DNA of 62,392 nt, filler included. It is 9 parts of 9 records of this genome, joined end to end, with 100 filler letters (N's around TTAATTAATTAA, not from the genome) between each part and the next. Parts side by side here need not be neighbours in the genome. Positions count along the whole stretch, not along the records: positions 1 to 7,258 come from SRR31156797_13436; positions 7,359 to 15,334 come from SRR31156797_13444; 7 more parts are not named here. The stretch is one strand, 5' to 3'. The notes beneath the pieces are model-generated. The model was not told the DNA's origin. It saw nothing but the letters and a program-made list of their open reading frames with translations, and searched no databases. Position 1 is the first letter of the stretch; every line of letters begins with the position of its first letter. Position numbers and translations under genes: made by a program. This document shows, piece after piece, positions 1 to 9,704 of this stretch.

Positions 1-52
1 CAAACAGGAATATCATTCTGTGAGCGACTTACAAAATAAAAAGGAGATAAAT

Positions 53-907
53 ATGTTTGAACCCACAATGAAGAAATACAAAGGCGACGGAATTCAAATC
101 AACGCGGCTGTCTGGGAAGGAACGGGCAAGACCATTATATGCATTCACGGCATAACTGCCAATTGTCGTACCTGGGATGTCATGGTCTCTCCACTGGTCT
201 CCAAACACCGCGTGATTGCCGTTGATATCCGAGGAAGAGGCCGCTCGGACAAACCGGCTTCCGGGTATTCCCTTGACCGTCATGTACGGGATCTTGCCTG
301 TGTAATGGACGATATAGGAATCGAACGAGCCGTGATTATGGGACATTCCCTGGGCGCCTACATATCTTTGTATTTTGCCGCCAAACACCCGGAGCGAACC
401 GAAAAGCTTATACTTGTTGACGGGGGCGGGCGGATTGTGTCAGAAGAACGGGCCAACGCCGTATTAACGGCCCTCGCGCCTATTCATAATCGTTTATTGA
501 CAACCTTCCCCTCGCCCGATGCCTATATCGAAGCCATCAAAGAAAATCCGCACTTTCTTCCCTGGTCGCCGGCCGTTGAAGCGTATTTCCGTTACGAAAT
601 AATGGATACGGAGGGCGGTGTGAAAGGCAACATTGACCCGGTCAACATCCAGGAGGAAAAGGATAACCTACTAAAAGAGAAGCCGGAAGATTTGTACGGC
701 ATAATAAAGTGCGACACCTTGATCCTCCGGGCCACGGAAGGGATTTTTAGCCCCGACGATTTGGTGCTGACTGAAGATGTTACGGAAGAGATGGTAATGG
801 GTATACCCCATTCACGCCGCCTGGATCTGAAAGGAAATCATTTTGGAGTGATTTTTTGGAAGAACGAGGTGCGGGACCGGGCGGTTTTATCATTTATAGA
901 GAAATGA
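53..907 (+). CDS. Alpha/beta fold hydrolase
   Basis: HG oxyanion motif (CIHGIT), GHSLG nucleophile elbow, C-terminal His (GNHF); AGGAG RBS before ATG 53. Confidence 0.9.
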   Translation: MFEPTMKKYKGDGIQINAAVWEGTGKTIICIHGITANCRTWDVMVSPLVSKHRVIAVDIRGRGRSDKPASGYSLDRHVRDLACVMDDIGIERAVIMGHSLGAYISLYFAAKHPERTEKLILVDGGGRIVSEERANAVLTALAPIHNRLLTTFPSPDAYIEAIKENPHFLPWSPAVEAYFRYEIMDTEGGVKGNIDPVNIQEEKDNLLKEKPEDLYGIIKCDTLILRATEGIFSPDDLVLTEDVTEEMVMGIPHSRRLDLKGNHFGVIFWKNEVRDRAVLSFIEK

Positions 908-1032
908 CAGCCAAGGCTACGTTCTGAACACATGTCCCGTTAAGCCAACTGGCTAAGGAATCATCCCGGAATATCCCGGCACAGATATCAATACTTATAT
1001 AGGTGAAACTAAACACCTCAAGGAGAACCAAT

Positions 1033-1398
1033 ATGTTTGATGGAAGTATCGTAACTATAGGAAAGACTGAAGCACTATCTCACACTTTCGCACCCAAGGT
1101 TACCCCGAAATCCGGCAACCCCCTGGAAAATATCTGGTTATATTTTCAGCATGCGTCCGAAAATTTCAAAGTCGGTATATGGGACTGCACGGCAGGAAGT
1201 TGGGAACACAATCATCCCGCTCTAGAATTCTGCTATATATTGCAGGGTAGCGTTAAAATTATTGAAAAAGACGGCCCCGCCCATGCTTTCAAGGAAGGCG
1301 ACTCTTTTGTAGTTCCTAAGGGAACTCCCGTAACTTGGGTCGTAGAGGACTATGTCAAAAAGGTCTTTGTTGCCGTAGTTAACATAGAAAATGAGTAG
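1033..1398 (+). CDS. Cupin-domain protein (Cupin_3/DUF861-like)
   Basis: GIWDCTAG..EFCYILQG..GDSFVVPKG..W motif; AGGAG RBS before ATG 1033. Confidence 0.85.
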   Translation: MFDGSIVTIGKTEALSHTFAPKVTPKSGNPLENIWLYFQHASENFKVGIWDCTAGSWEHNHPALEFCYILQGSVKIIEKDGPAHAFKEGDSFVVPKGTPVTWVVEDYVKKVFVAVVNIENE

Positions 1399-1632
1399 CA
1401 ATATCAGTGAAATGTATTTCCTGTCGCGGTCCCGTCGCCTAGGGAGAGTAGATTTGTGAGAATGTTTGAGCAGGCTTTGTATTTGACCACTGATCGGATT
1501 CCGGAGGCCGACATGGAATCTCTGCGAATTTACGAATGGCAGGACAATATCTGCTTAAACTAATAGAAAAAGGCTATGAAAAAATTCGGTCGTGAGGCCT
1601 AATTAATACACTTTTTTGGCAGAGTAAAAAAA

Positions 1633-3186
1633 ATGAACAATAATACGACGGAATCATCTTCATTTGACGTGTTGATCAAAAACGGCACGGTGTATGACGG
1701 AACAGGAAGCGACGGATTTAAGGTCGATATCGGCATTACGGGCGAAAGAATTGCGGCTGTCGGCAATCTTGTCGGCCAGGCGGGAACAGTTATAGATGCG
1801 GAAGGACTGATCGTCACGCCGGGATTTATCGATGTTCACACCCACTGCGATATGAATTATCTGCTGGTCTACGCAGAAAACCCTGACAGCTACCGGGAAA
1901 TTGACAATTACATCTACCAGGGCGTAACCACTGTCGTGGCCGGGAACTGCGGATACGGGTACACGGATGCAAACCAATGGCTGGACATGGTCGAAGACCT
2001 GGGATTCGGCACAAATGTCTATCACCTGGCGCCGCACGGCATGATCCGTCAGGAATTGTTCGGCGCGGACCAACCGGTCATGCTCTCCGCCTCCCAATTG
2101 GACGCATTTAAATCCCGGGTTGCCGAGGAACTGGAAAAGGGCGCCGTGGGCTTGTCCACCGGGTTGGAATACGCGCCCGGGCTTCTGGCCTCTACGGATG
2201 AAATAATTGAACTATGCAAAGTCGTCGCCCGAAAAGGCGGGGTGCATGCTTCTCATATCAGGGACCTAACCGGTAAAATTTATCCTGACGGAAGCATCGG
2301 GGTGGTCAGAGCCATTGAAGAAATGCTTGAAATCAGCAGGCAGTCCGAAGTGTCGACCCAAATAGCCCACCTGATCATAGTGAAGCCTTTCAAAAATATC
2401 CAGGCTGAATGGCTGCTCGATCCTATTGAAGCGGCCATTGACGAAGGACTGGATGTAATGGCGGATCAGCATCCTTACTCGGCCGGTTCCACTTACTTGA
2501 CCCATGTCATTCCTAATCGCTTTAAAGACATGCTGGGGATAAAGGATGAGTATAGAAACTCGAAAGGCAAAAAAGAGATAAAACAGGCGGTGGAGTCTGT
2601 TTTTACCTACTTGGACCCTGAAAAAATGTTGATATCCATGTATATTAACAAACCAGAATACAACGGCCTTACCGTGGCCGAAATCGCTGCTCGGGAAAAT
2701 ATCGATCCGGCCGATGCTTACGTGGAAATGGTCTGCGATGGGCCGGCGCCCGTGACGGTTTTCTTTTTTTTGGACGGGGAGGCCCGGCGGGAAATCATCA
2801 CTAGGGATTACATAATCACCTCTTCAGATGGTTGGACTATTCCCAAGGGCGCTTCCGCCATACATCCCCGGGCATATGGAACATTTACCAAAAAGTTGAA
2901 ACAATTCAGCCTGGATGAAAAACTGGTCAGCCTACCGATGAGCATTCGTTCCATGACTTCACTCCCGGCCGGAAAATTCAAGATGGAAGGCCGGGGAATC
3001 ATTGCCCCGGAATTCCATGCGGACTTAAACGTAATAGATTTGGCCTCACTTAACGCCCCGTCGACATACCTGGATCCGCACCAGTATTCGGAGGGCGTAG
3101 TCCACCAATGGGTAAACGGCGTATATTCCATTAAAAACGGTAAGGCCACCGGGAATAAAGGCGGGCGAGGACTTCGGAAATCATAG
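1633..3186 (+). CDS. N-acyl-D-amino-acid deacylase family amidohydrolase
   Basis: PGFIDVHTH, QGVTTVVAGNCG, GLSTGLEYAPG, SSDG, HPRAYGTF motifs. Confidence 0.9.
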   Translation: MNNNTTESSSFDVLIKNGTVYDGTGSDGFKVDIGITGERIAAVGNLVGQAGTVIDAEGLIVTPGFIDVHTHCDMNYLLVYAENPDSYREIDNYIYQGVTTVVAGNCGYGYTDANQWLDMVEDLGFGTNVYHLAPHGMIRQELFGADQPVMLSASQLDAFKSRVAEELEKGAVGLSTGLEYAPGLLASTDEIIELCKVVARKGGVHASHIRDLTGKIYPDGSIGVVRAIEEMLEISRQSEVSTQIAHLIIVKPFKNIQAEWLLDPIEAAIDEGLDVMADQHPYSAGSTYLTHVIPNRFKDMLGIKDEYRNSKGKKEIKQAVESVFTYLDPEKMLISMYINKPEYNGLTVAEIAARENIDPADAYVEMVCDGPAPVTVFFFLDGEARREIITRDYIITSSDGWTIPKGASAIHPRAYGTFTKKLKQFSLDEKLVSLPMSIRSMTSLPAGKFKMEGRGIIAPEFHADLNVIDLASLNAPSTYLDPHQYSEGVVHQWVNGVYSIKNGKATGNKGGRGLRKS

Positions 3187-3216
3187 AGTGGAATTACACC
3201 TGTTTTTTTGTGCAGT

Positions 3217-3895
3217 AAAGGGGCGCCGCAAGGCGGAGTGATCAGCCCTCTACTTGCCAACCTCTTTCTACATTATGCATTCGACGTGTGGATGTGGAGA
3301 AATCAGCCTCACATCCCGTTTTAACGTTTTACTGATGATGTGATTTGCCACTGCAAGAGTAAAAAACAGGCCAAGTGGCTAATGGCGGCCATTGAACGCC
3401 GCATGGCTGAATGCGGTCTGGAGTTTCATCCGCACAAGACAAAGATTGTCTACTGCAAGGATGACGATCGGCGTGGAAGTTATCCACAGGAGAAATTTGA
3501 TTTCTTCGGCTTTACGTTTAGGCCCGGGAGGTCAAAGAATCGGTGGGGGAAATCCTTCGTCAACTTCAGTCCGTCCGCGAGCAATAAAGCGCTCAAATCA
3601 ATGCGTCAAACCATGAGGGCCTGGCGTTTGCACTTATGTAGCGACAAATCCCTGGGTGACCTATCGCATGTTCAACCCGGTAATTCGGAGTTGGATAAAC
3701 TACTACAGTCGGTTTTACATGTCGGGGCTTTACCCGACCTTCCGACACCTGGACCGTACTTTGGCAAGGTGGGCGTCACGGAAATACAAACGGCTGAGGA
3801 GGCATAGCCGGCGGGCCGATCAGCAAAGCCTATCGCGAAGGCAGCCTGGCTTATTTGCCCACTGGCGTTTTCTTCAGTCTGAAGCTGGACAATAG
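3217..3895 (+). pseudogene. Group II intron reverse transcriptase/maturase remnant (inner intron)
   Basis: [22 protein letters not shown]; in-frame TAA at 3322-3324; YADD degenerated to FTDD; FDFFGFTF; frameshift near 3660 into NPVIRSWINYY (domain X); 5' part missing. Confidence 0.9.
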
Positions 3896-3968
3896 GAGAC
3901 GGATGAGCTGAGAGGTTCACGTCCGATTCTGTGAGAGGCCGGGGGGAGGTTCCCCCGGTCGATTCGAC
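3896..3968 (+). ncRNA. Group II intron domains V-VI (3' end of inner intron), catalytic triad apparently mutated
   Basis: GAGACGGATGAGCTGAGAGGTTCACGTCCGATTC (DV-like; AGA instead of AGC), GC-rich DVI hairpin CCGGGGG..CCCCCGG, ends TTCGAC. Confidence 0.85.
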
Positions 3969-4145
3969 TTGTAATCGGCTGCGAACATGAAGAGGATGCC
4001 GAAGCCTTGTTTAAGAAACTGGACGAACGGCTGAAGTCCTATAAGCTAGGCCTTAACGGTGATAAAACCAAGCTCATTCGTTTCGGCAAGAAGTGGGGAG
4101 GCCCGGGTTCTGGAACTATCGATTTCCTGGATTTCACCTATAGAC
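3969..4145 (+). pseudogene. Second (outer) group II intron RT fragment beginning directly after the YADD position
   Basis: Frame from 3971 reads VIGCEHEEDAEALFKKLDERLKSYKLGLNGDKTKLIRFG...IDFLDFTY (RT5-RT7 region); domain X appears deleted. Confidence 0.8.
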
Positions 4146-4222
4146 GGTCTTCGTGCTTCCTCACCCAAGGATCACCCTCCTGGAAAGCCGGCGCTCGGTT
4201 AATCCGGGTTACCTGCCCGGAA

Positions 4223-4293
4223 GAGCCGGATGCGGTAACTCCCCACGTCCGGATCTGTGAGGGTGAAATCAAGTAATGAATGAACTACTCGAC
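4223..4293 (+). ncRNA. Group II intron domains V-VI (3' end of outer intron)
   Basis: GAGCCGGATGCGGTAACTCCCCACGTCCGGATC DV hairpin with AGC triad; ends CTACTCGAC. Confidence 0.85.
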
Positions 4294-4398
4294 TAAGTCA
4301 ATGACATTGGGTGAGCATAAGTATGCATTCAACGAATGTGGCGACCTTTACCAAGGGAAACCTTTTTAAAAAGGGTTTCCCTTGAAAAAAACATCGAC

Positions 4399-5802
4399 TC
4401 AAGTCTTAGGATCGATGGGCGTTTTGGCGCCTATCCCGGCTGCTTCTATGTTTTCAGCGATATCCAGGCAGGTAAAATCGCTCCACATGGGTCCGGTAAC
4501 CAGTACGCCGACCGGCAGGCCGTCCACAAAACCGGCGGGCACGGCAGCCGAGGGCAGGCCCAGCACATTGGCCGGCATGACCGGGCGAATCAGTTCCAAA
4601 GTGCCTCCACTGGCCTCAGGTGAACTGATGTCCCAACCGTGTTCGAAGGGCGGTTGCGTCCAGACAGGCGTCAGCACGGCGTCATACTCGGTGAAAAACC
4701 GCGCCCATTCCCTTTGTAGGGAATTCCGCACCATCCAGGCCTGGAGGTATGAATCCATGGTGGTGGGTTCGATAATTTCATCAGCGTTGTTCAGGAATTT
4801 GTTGGCGTCGTCGCCCAGCAGCGGTCTCAACATCGGCAGCATGGCCCGGACGTCGGCAATGACCAGAGTCGTCCAGATCTGCACGGCTTCCTCATACCTG
4901 GGCGGTTCGACTTCCTCGACAATTAAACCGGCGTTTTCCAGGGCCTGGCCCGCGGCCTTGGCGACTTCGGCCACGCGCGGATCGGTCTCACCGGCCGGCG
5001 GATTGGCCAGCAGGGCCACTTTACCGGTGGGCAGGCTAGGCGGTTCAAGAGGCATTGGCATGGACCGGGGGTCCCGGACGTGCGCGCCGGACAGAATAGA
5101 CAGGCCGAGCCGGACGTCGGCCACACGACGAGCCATCGGCCCTTCCACATTCAGATGCTGGAAAACGATTCCATCATCTTCCGCCGGAATCATGTTGGCG
5201 TGGGGCACGCGCCCCGTGGTCGGTTTGATCGAGGTTATGCCGCAGCATGAAGCAGGGTTGCGCAACGATCCGCCCAGGTCGTTGCCTAGTCCGATCGGAG
5301 TCATGCCCGAGGCCAGAGAGGAAGCCTCCCCGCCTGAACTGCCCCCGGCCGTGCGATCCGGGTTCCAGGGGTTGCGCGTCAGTCCGTGGAGGGCGCTGTC
5401 CGTATGCAGCCGCAGAGCCACGTCCGGCATGTTGGTCCGGCCGATAGGCACGCCGCCCGCCGCCTTCATACGCTCGACCACCGGCGCGTCGAAAGGCGCA
5501 ACCGCCTCGGCCAGCCCGGTTAGGCCGTTGGTGGTCGGGAGACCGGCGAAATCGATATTCTCCTTGACCGTGAAAGGAACTCCGGCCAGAGGTCCGGGAT
5601 TTTCGCCTTTGGCCAGGTCCGCGTCTACCTCGGCCGCACGGGCCAGTGCCTGGTCGCCGAGCACTTTGACCACGGCGTTCAACGAACCGTTCACCGCCTC
5701 GATTCGCGCCAGGTGCGCCTCAACCGTCTCCACCGAGGAAACCTCGCCCTTGATAATCATTTCAGCCAACTCACCCACACCACGTTTCCAGAGTTCCGTC
5801 AT
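4399..5802 (-). CDS. Amidase signature family protein
   Basis: GVPFTVKEN, GGSSGGEA, GNDLGGSLRNPA (Lys-cisSer-Ser triad). Confidence 0.92.
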   Translation of the reverse strand: MTELWKRGVGELAEMIIKGEVSSVETVEAHLARIEAVNGSLNAVVKVLGDQALARAAEVDADLAKGENPGPLAGVPFTVKENIDFAGLPTTNGLTGLAEAVAPFDAPVVERMKAAGGVPIGRTNMPDVALRLHTDSALHGLTRNPWNPDRTAGGSSGGEASSLASGMTPIGLGNDLGGSLRNPASCCGITSIKPTTGRVPHANMIPAEDDGIVFQHLNVEGPMARRVADVRLGLSILSGAHVRDPRSMPMPLEPPSLPTGKVALLANPPAGETDPRVAEVAKAAGQALENAGLIVEEVEPPRYEEAVQIWTTLVIADVRAMLPMLRPLLGDDANKFLNNADEIIEPTTMDSYLQAWMVRNSLQREWARFFTEYDAVLTPVWTQPPFEHGWDISSPEASGGTLELIRPVMPANVLGLPSAAVPAGFVDGLPVGVLVTGPMWSDFTCLDIAENIEAAGIGAKTPIDPKT

Positions 5803-6495
5803 ACTCACACTTCCCTTTCAGGCCTTGGCAGGCCGGTTATTAATCAGGTTGTTCGAAAATTACATCGACAGACTGTTTTTCATTATAATCTCGAATTATG
5901 CAACAAGCGCCGTAATTTCCTTGTTTTTAGCCATTTGTAGAGGTATTGAGTTTTGCAGTATGGCTTGAGCCTCATCCCCATGAGGCTATTTTTCGTTTAA
6001 TCTTACGTATCCAACCATATGTTCAAAAAAGGGGCATCGTATTCTCCCTTACTATTCATTATGTGCAGTTGTTTGTGTAAGCGTCAGATATCCCGTGAAT
6101 GTTTCAGCCTCAAGGCCATGCCATTCGGCCGATTCGGGTGAGATAGTATTTAAAAATATTCTCATAGCTACAAGACAGCATGAAAAGAAATCTTGCTTAC
6201 TTCCGGCTATGCCGGGTTAGGGCGCAACGAGTTTCTACCTCCTTATTACACTTACAATGTCTACTTGGCAGTCGCCGATTTTCCGGTTATTAGTTTCGAA
6301 ATCGTGAGAAGGCCGGAGATTCCATCGAAACAAGCGTTGGAAAAAAGCATTCAAGTTACAACAGATTCCTATGGCACGATCCGCGTTTAATCCGGATCCT
6401 GCCGGCGGAATCTTTGCGAAGCCAATAAAACAAGAGCAAAATAAAATAATAAGCCAAGGCGCATGCCGCAGTAGATTCCAACTATTCGATCATGG

Positions 6496-7258
6496 TTAAA
6501 GCGCCCATGTTGAAATCCATGGTATGAAGGCGATCATAAGCACAGTCGCCAACATTGCGAATACAAAAGGGACCGCCTTGGCGGCGATCCGTGTAATCGG
6601 TTCGCCGGTCAGTCCCGAAACCACGAAAAGATTGAGCCCCAAGGGAGGCGTGATGAAGCCGATGCCCAGACTGGTGACCATGAAGATGCAGAAATGGATT
6701 TGATTCATGTCTATGCTTTGCGCCACCGGGAGCATGAGCGGCGATAGTATAAGGATGTTCGGCGTGGTTTCCATGACGCAGCCGGCCATCAGAAACAAAC
6801 TCATCATCAACAGGATGATGAAGGTGGGATTGGCGGTAATGTTGCCGATGGATTCCACAATGAGGGCCGGGACGTCGAGGACGGAGAGGGCCTGAGCCAA
6901 CAGCAGGGCTATCCCGATAATGGGGGCGATGACGCCGTTAACTTCGGCGCTGCGCTCCATCATGCTTGGGATGTCCTCAAGTTTAATCTTTTTCGTGATG
7001 AAGCCTATTATAATGACGGTAACCACCGCCACCGAGGCCGACTCGGTGGGCGTGAAGACGCCCGAATAAATCCCGCCCAGAATGATGAGAGGAGCCATCA
7101 CGGCGTAGCGGGCGTCCCAAAATGCCCTTATGAAGTTGCCCAACGAGAGGCGTGTTTTGCTGTCCTCGTATCCATGAATCCGATTGACTATGATGTTGGT
7201 TAAAATGATGGTGCCCAGCACCATGGCTCCTGGCAGGGCCGCGGCCTTGAAAAGCGTC
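6496..7258 (-). CDS. TRAP transporter large permease DctM, 5'-truncated
   Basis: GGIYSGVFTPTESA, GFITPPLGLNLFV; runs into contig edge. Confidence 0.9.
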
Positions 7259-7358
7259 NNNNNNNNNNNNNNNNNNNNNNNNNNNNNNNNNNNNNNNNNN
7301 NNTTAATTAATTAANNNNNNNNNNNNNNNNNNNNNNNNNNNNNNNNNNNNNNNNNNNN
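7259..7358. other. Artificial contig linker (same linker at 15335-15434, 22181-22280, 29029-29128, 36493-36592, 42672-42771, 48358-48457, 56923-57022)
   Basis: Identical 100-nt N-TTAATTAATTAA-N block with stops in all six frames; GC content and gene content change across the linkers and ORFs are truncated at them. Confidence 0.98.
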
Positions 7359-7359
7359 C

Positions 7360-8013
7360 AACTGCTACTGGCCGATGCCGTTCCGCAAGGCTGCCAAGAT
7401 CACCATCGAGAATCAGCGGTTCGAGGACATCGACCTGTTCTTCTATCAAATCACGTGGGAAGAAGCCGAGGTGCCGGATGACGCCGCGTACTTCCACGCA
7501 CAATGGCGTCGATCGGTGACGCCGCGTGAGAATCCCGATCATGTCATCCTGGACGGCATCCAGGGTGTCGGGCATTACGCGGGGACCTACCTCGCGTGGA
7601 CGCAGCTCTGCGACGGTTGGTGGGGCGAGGGCGAGATCAAGTTCTTCATGGATGGGGACAAAGAGTACCCCACCATCTGCGGAACGGGGACCGAGGATTA
7701 CTTCGGCGGCGCGTGGGGATTCGCCGCTCCAAGCGAGCGGGAGACGGAGTTTTCGACGCCATACCTGGGGATGCCGCTGGTTCAGCAGGAGCCGAACAAG
7801 GTGCCGAAGTACGGACTCTATCGCTGGCACGTGATGGACCCGATCCGTTTTCAGCAGGATCTCCGCGTGACGATCCAGGCGCTGGGTCACTGGCCGGGTT
7901 CGAAGTATCAGCCGTTGCAGGAAGATATTGCCTCGACAGCGTACTGGTACCAGGTCGAGCCGCATGGTGCGTTCCCGGAATTACCGGAAGCGAAGTGGCG
8001 CCGGGCGAGATAA
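7360..8013 (+). CDS. DUF2961 / GH172-family protein, C-terminal part
   Basis: NCYWPMPF, GWWGEGE, GTGTEDYFGGAW, YRWHVMDPIRF, DIASTAYWYQ. Confidence 0.85.
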   Translation, partial: NCYWPMPFRKAAKITIENQRFEDIDLFFYQITWEEAEVPDDAAYFHAQWRRSVTPRENPDHVILDGIQGVGHYAGTYLAWTQLCDGWWGEGEIKFFMDGDKEYPTICGTGTEDYFGGAWGFAAPSERETEFSTPYLGMPLVQQEPNKVPKYGLYRWHVMDPIRFQQDLRVTIQALGHWPGSKYQPLQEDIASTAYWYQVEPHGAFPELPEAKWRRAR

Positions 8014-8180
8014 CCACCTGTCAGGCTGGAGTTTGACAAGGAATTACAACAGGTTGCTTTCACGTAAGGACGCGAAATGCGTCCTTTTCTTATGGGGTAA
8101 GGTGTAAGAAATGCTGATTCTGCCATAATATGAAGTGGTTGGGTTTGCCGGAATTTTTTATCTTCAGAGAGGAAATTTAC

Positions 8181-9686
8181 ATGTCGGAGCAGTTTGTTGA
8201 GCAGAAACCCCGGAAGCGGAAGCGGCGCTGGGTGAAGAGAGCGTTCGTGTTGCTGGTCGTGCTGGTTGTCGGTTTTGTCGGGTGGTGGCAGGCTGGCAAG
8301 TATTCCGCGCGGTCCGAATGGGAGAAAACCTGCGAAACGCTGAAGGGACACGGCCATCCGTATACGCTTGCGCAGCTGGATGAATATCGCGCGGAAGTTC
8401 CGGACGAACTCAACGGTGCGAAGGTCATCGATGGGCTGCGTGACGAGCTGGAGGATGTTGCATCGACCGGACGCGTGATGTTCTTTGAGGTAGAGGAGGA
8501 GAAGACAAAGGGACGTCGCATGCTTGAATATGCCTACTGGGGGATCGATCCGGAAATGCTGTCGCAGTCGAAAGCATTCTTGGAACAGTACACCGATATT
8601 CTGGCAGAACTGGCTCGCCTGGAGGACAAGCCGACCGGTCGTCGGAGCAAGTCGTATACTCAGTTCGCGGACGATCCGCTCAATATGATGCTTCCAGGAG
8701 TCAGTGCATTTCGCATGTCAGTCAAACTCCTGGCTCTTCAGGCTCTGTTGGAACAGTGTGATGGCAAGGTTGATCAGGCCTTTGAGTCGACTCGTTTGAT
8801 GTTCCATGCCAACGGCGCTCTGAATAACGAGTTGAGTCTTGTGGAGTTCCTGGTTCAGCTTGCAAATTATGCTTTTGGGACTCAGGTCCAGGAAAACCTT
8901 CTTTGTGCGACGGAACTCAACGCGAACCAACTGGCGGAATTGCAGCAGATTCTCCACGCTGCGCAGGAAACGTTCAGTCCATTGAATGGATTGCGTGGAG
9001 AAATGGTCGCGAATTTGCAGGTATGCGAGGGAATGATCAATGGAACCACTCGCTATGGCGATTTTGGTCCTGCCAGCGGTGAGGGATTTGTTCCGGAGAT
9101 CGTAAGGGAAAGTCTTCTGTCGGAAGAAACGATACGGAAAAGCCAGGTCATCATCGCCGGGAAATTCCTGCCTGTACTCAATGCAGCAGCAGAAAAGAAG
9201 TGGAATTTGATGCGCGAGAAGGCTGCGGATATGGCCGAGTTCAAGAATAAACCTGTACGTTTTCCGCTGAGCGAATATGCGATTCCGAAAATTATGCTGG
9301 ATATTCAGTATGGCCGCGCTATGGAACTGTTTCTGCGTGTTCGCGGTGCGTTGCTTTGCGCGAAGACGGCGATGGCTGTCGAACGATATCGTCTGGACCA
9401 CGGGCGCTTTCCGGATTCGCTTGACGAACTGGTATCGAGGTACATGGAAACTGTGCCGGTGGATCCGTTTGATGGCAAGCCGCTTCGGTACATTCGGACG
9501 GACGAAGGGGTCGTGATCTATTTCGTCAGCGAGAATGGGGTTGATGATGGTGGCGTGATCGATGGTGTCTGGAATGAAAAGAAAAACCGATATGACCAGC
9601 CACTGGATGACGGCTTCCGGCTGTTGAATCCTGAAAACCGCAGGGTTCGGATCGTGGACACGCTGGGAGAACAAAAAGACGAGTAG
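8181..9686 (+). CDS. Membrane-anchored hypothetical protein, tandem paralog 1
   Basis: K/R-rich N-terminus plus one TM helix; C-terminal ERYRLDHGRFPDSLDELV..VPVDPFDGKPLRY..DDGG; GAGG RBS before ATG 8181. Confidence 0.85.
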   Translation: MSEQFVEQKPRKRKRRWVKRAFVLLVVLVVGFVGWWQAGKYSARSEWEKTCETLKGHGHPYTLAQLDEYRAEVPDELNGAKVIDGLRDELEDVASTGRVMFFEVEEEKTKGRRMLEYAYWGIDPEMLSQSKAFLEQYTDILAELARLEDKPTGRRSKSYTQFADDPLNMMLPGVSAFRMSVKLLALQALLEQCDGKVDQAFESTRLMFHANGALNNELSLVEFLVQLANYAFGTQVQENLLCATELNANQLAELQQILHAAQETFSPLNGLRGEMVANLQVCEGMINGTTRYGDFGPASGEGFVPEIVRESLLSEETIRKSQVIIAGKFLPVLNAAAEKKWNLMREKAADMAEFKNKPVRFPLSEYAIPKIMLDIQYGRAMELFLRVRGALLCAKTAMAVERYRLDHGRFPDSLDELVSRYMETVPVDPFDGKPLRYIRTDEGVVIYFVSENGVDDGGVIDGVWNEKKNRYDQPLDDGFRLLNPENRRVRIVDTLGEQKDE

Positions 9687-9704
9687 AAGCGAGGATCTCA
9701 TATC

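Noticed and set aside
1456-1563. Short ORF with YEWQDNI, vaguely like the sigma54-activator WPGN motif
   Set aside because: Too short and too weak to call
3217-4293. RT as a retron, DGR or defence RT
   Set aside because: Domain X and DV/DVI structures identify group II introns, and both copies are broken
4382-5968. 528-aa plus-strand ORF
   Set aside because: Antisense shadow of the GC-rich amidase gene; Ser/Ala/Arg-rich with no motifs
6202-6222. TCCGGCTATGCCGGGTTAGGG, reminiscent of a dispersed repeat or IS end in deltaproteobacteria
   Set aside because: Single copy here and no transposase; cannot be supported from the window
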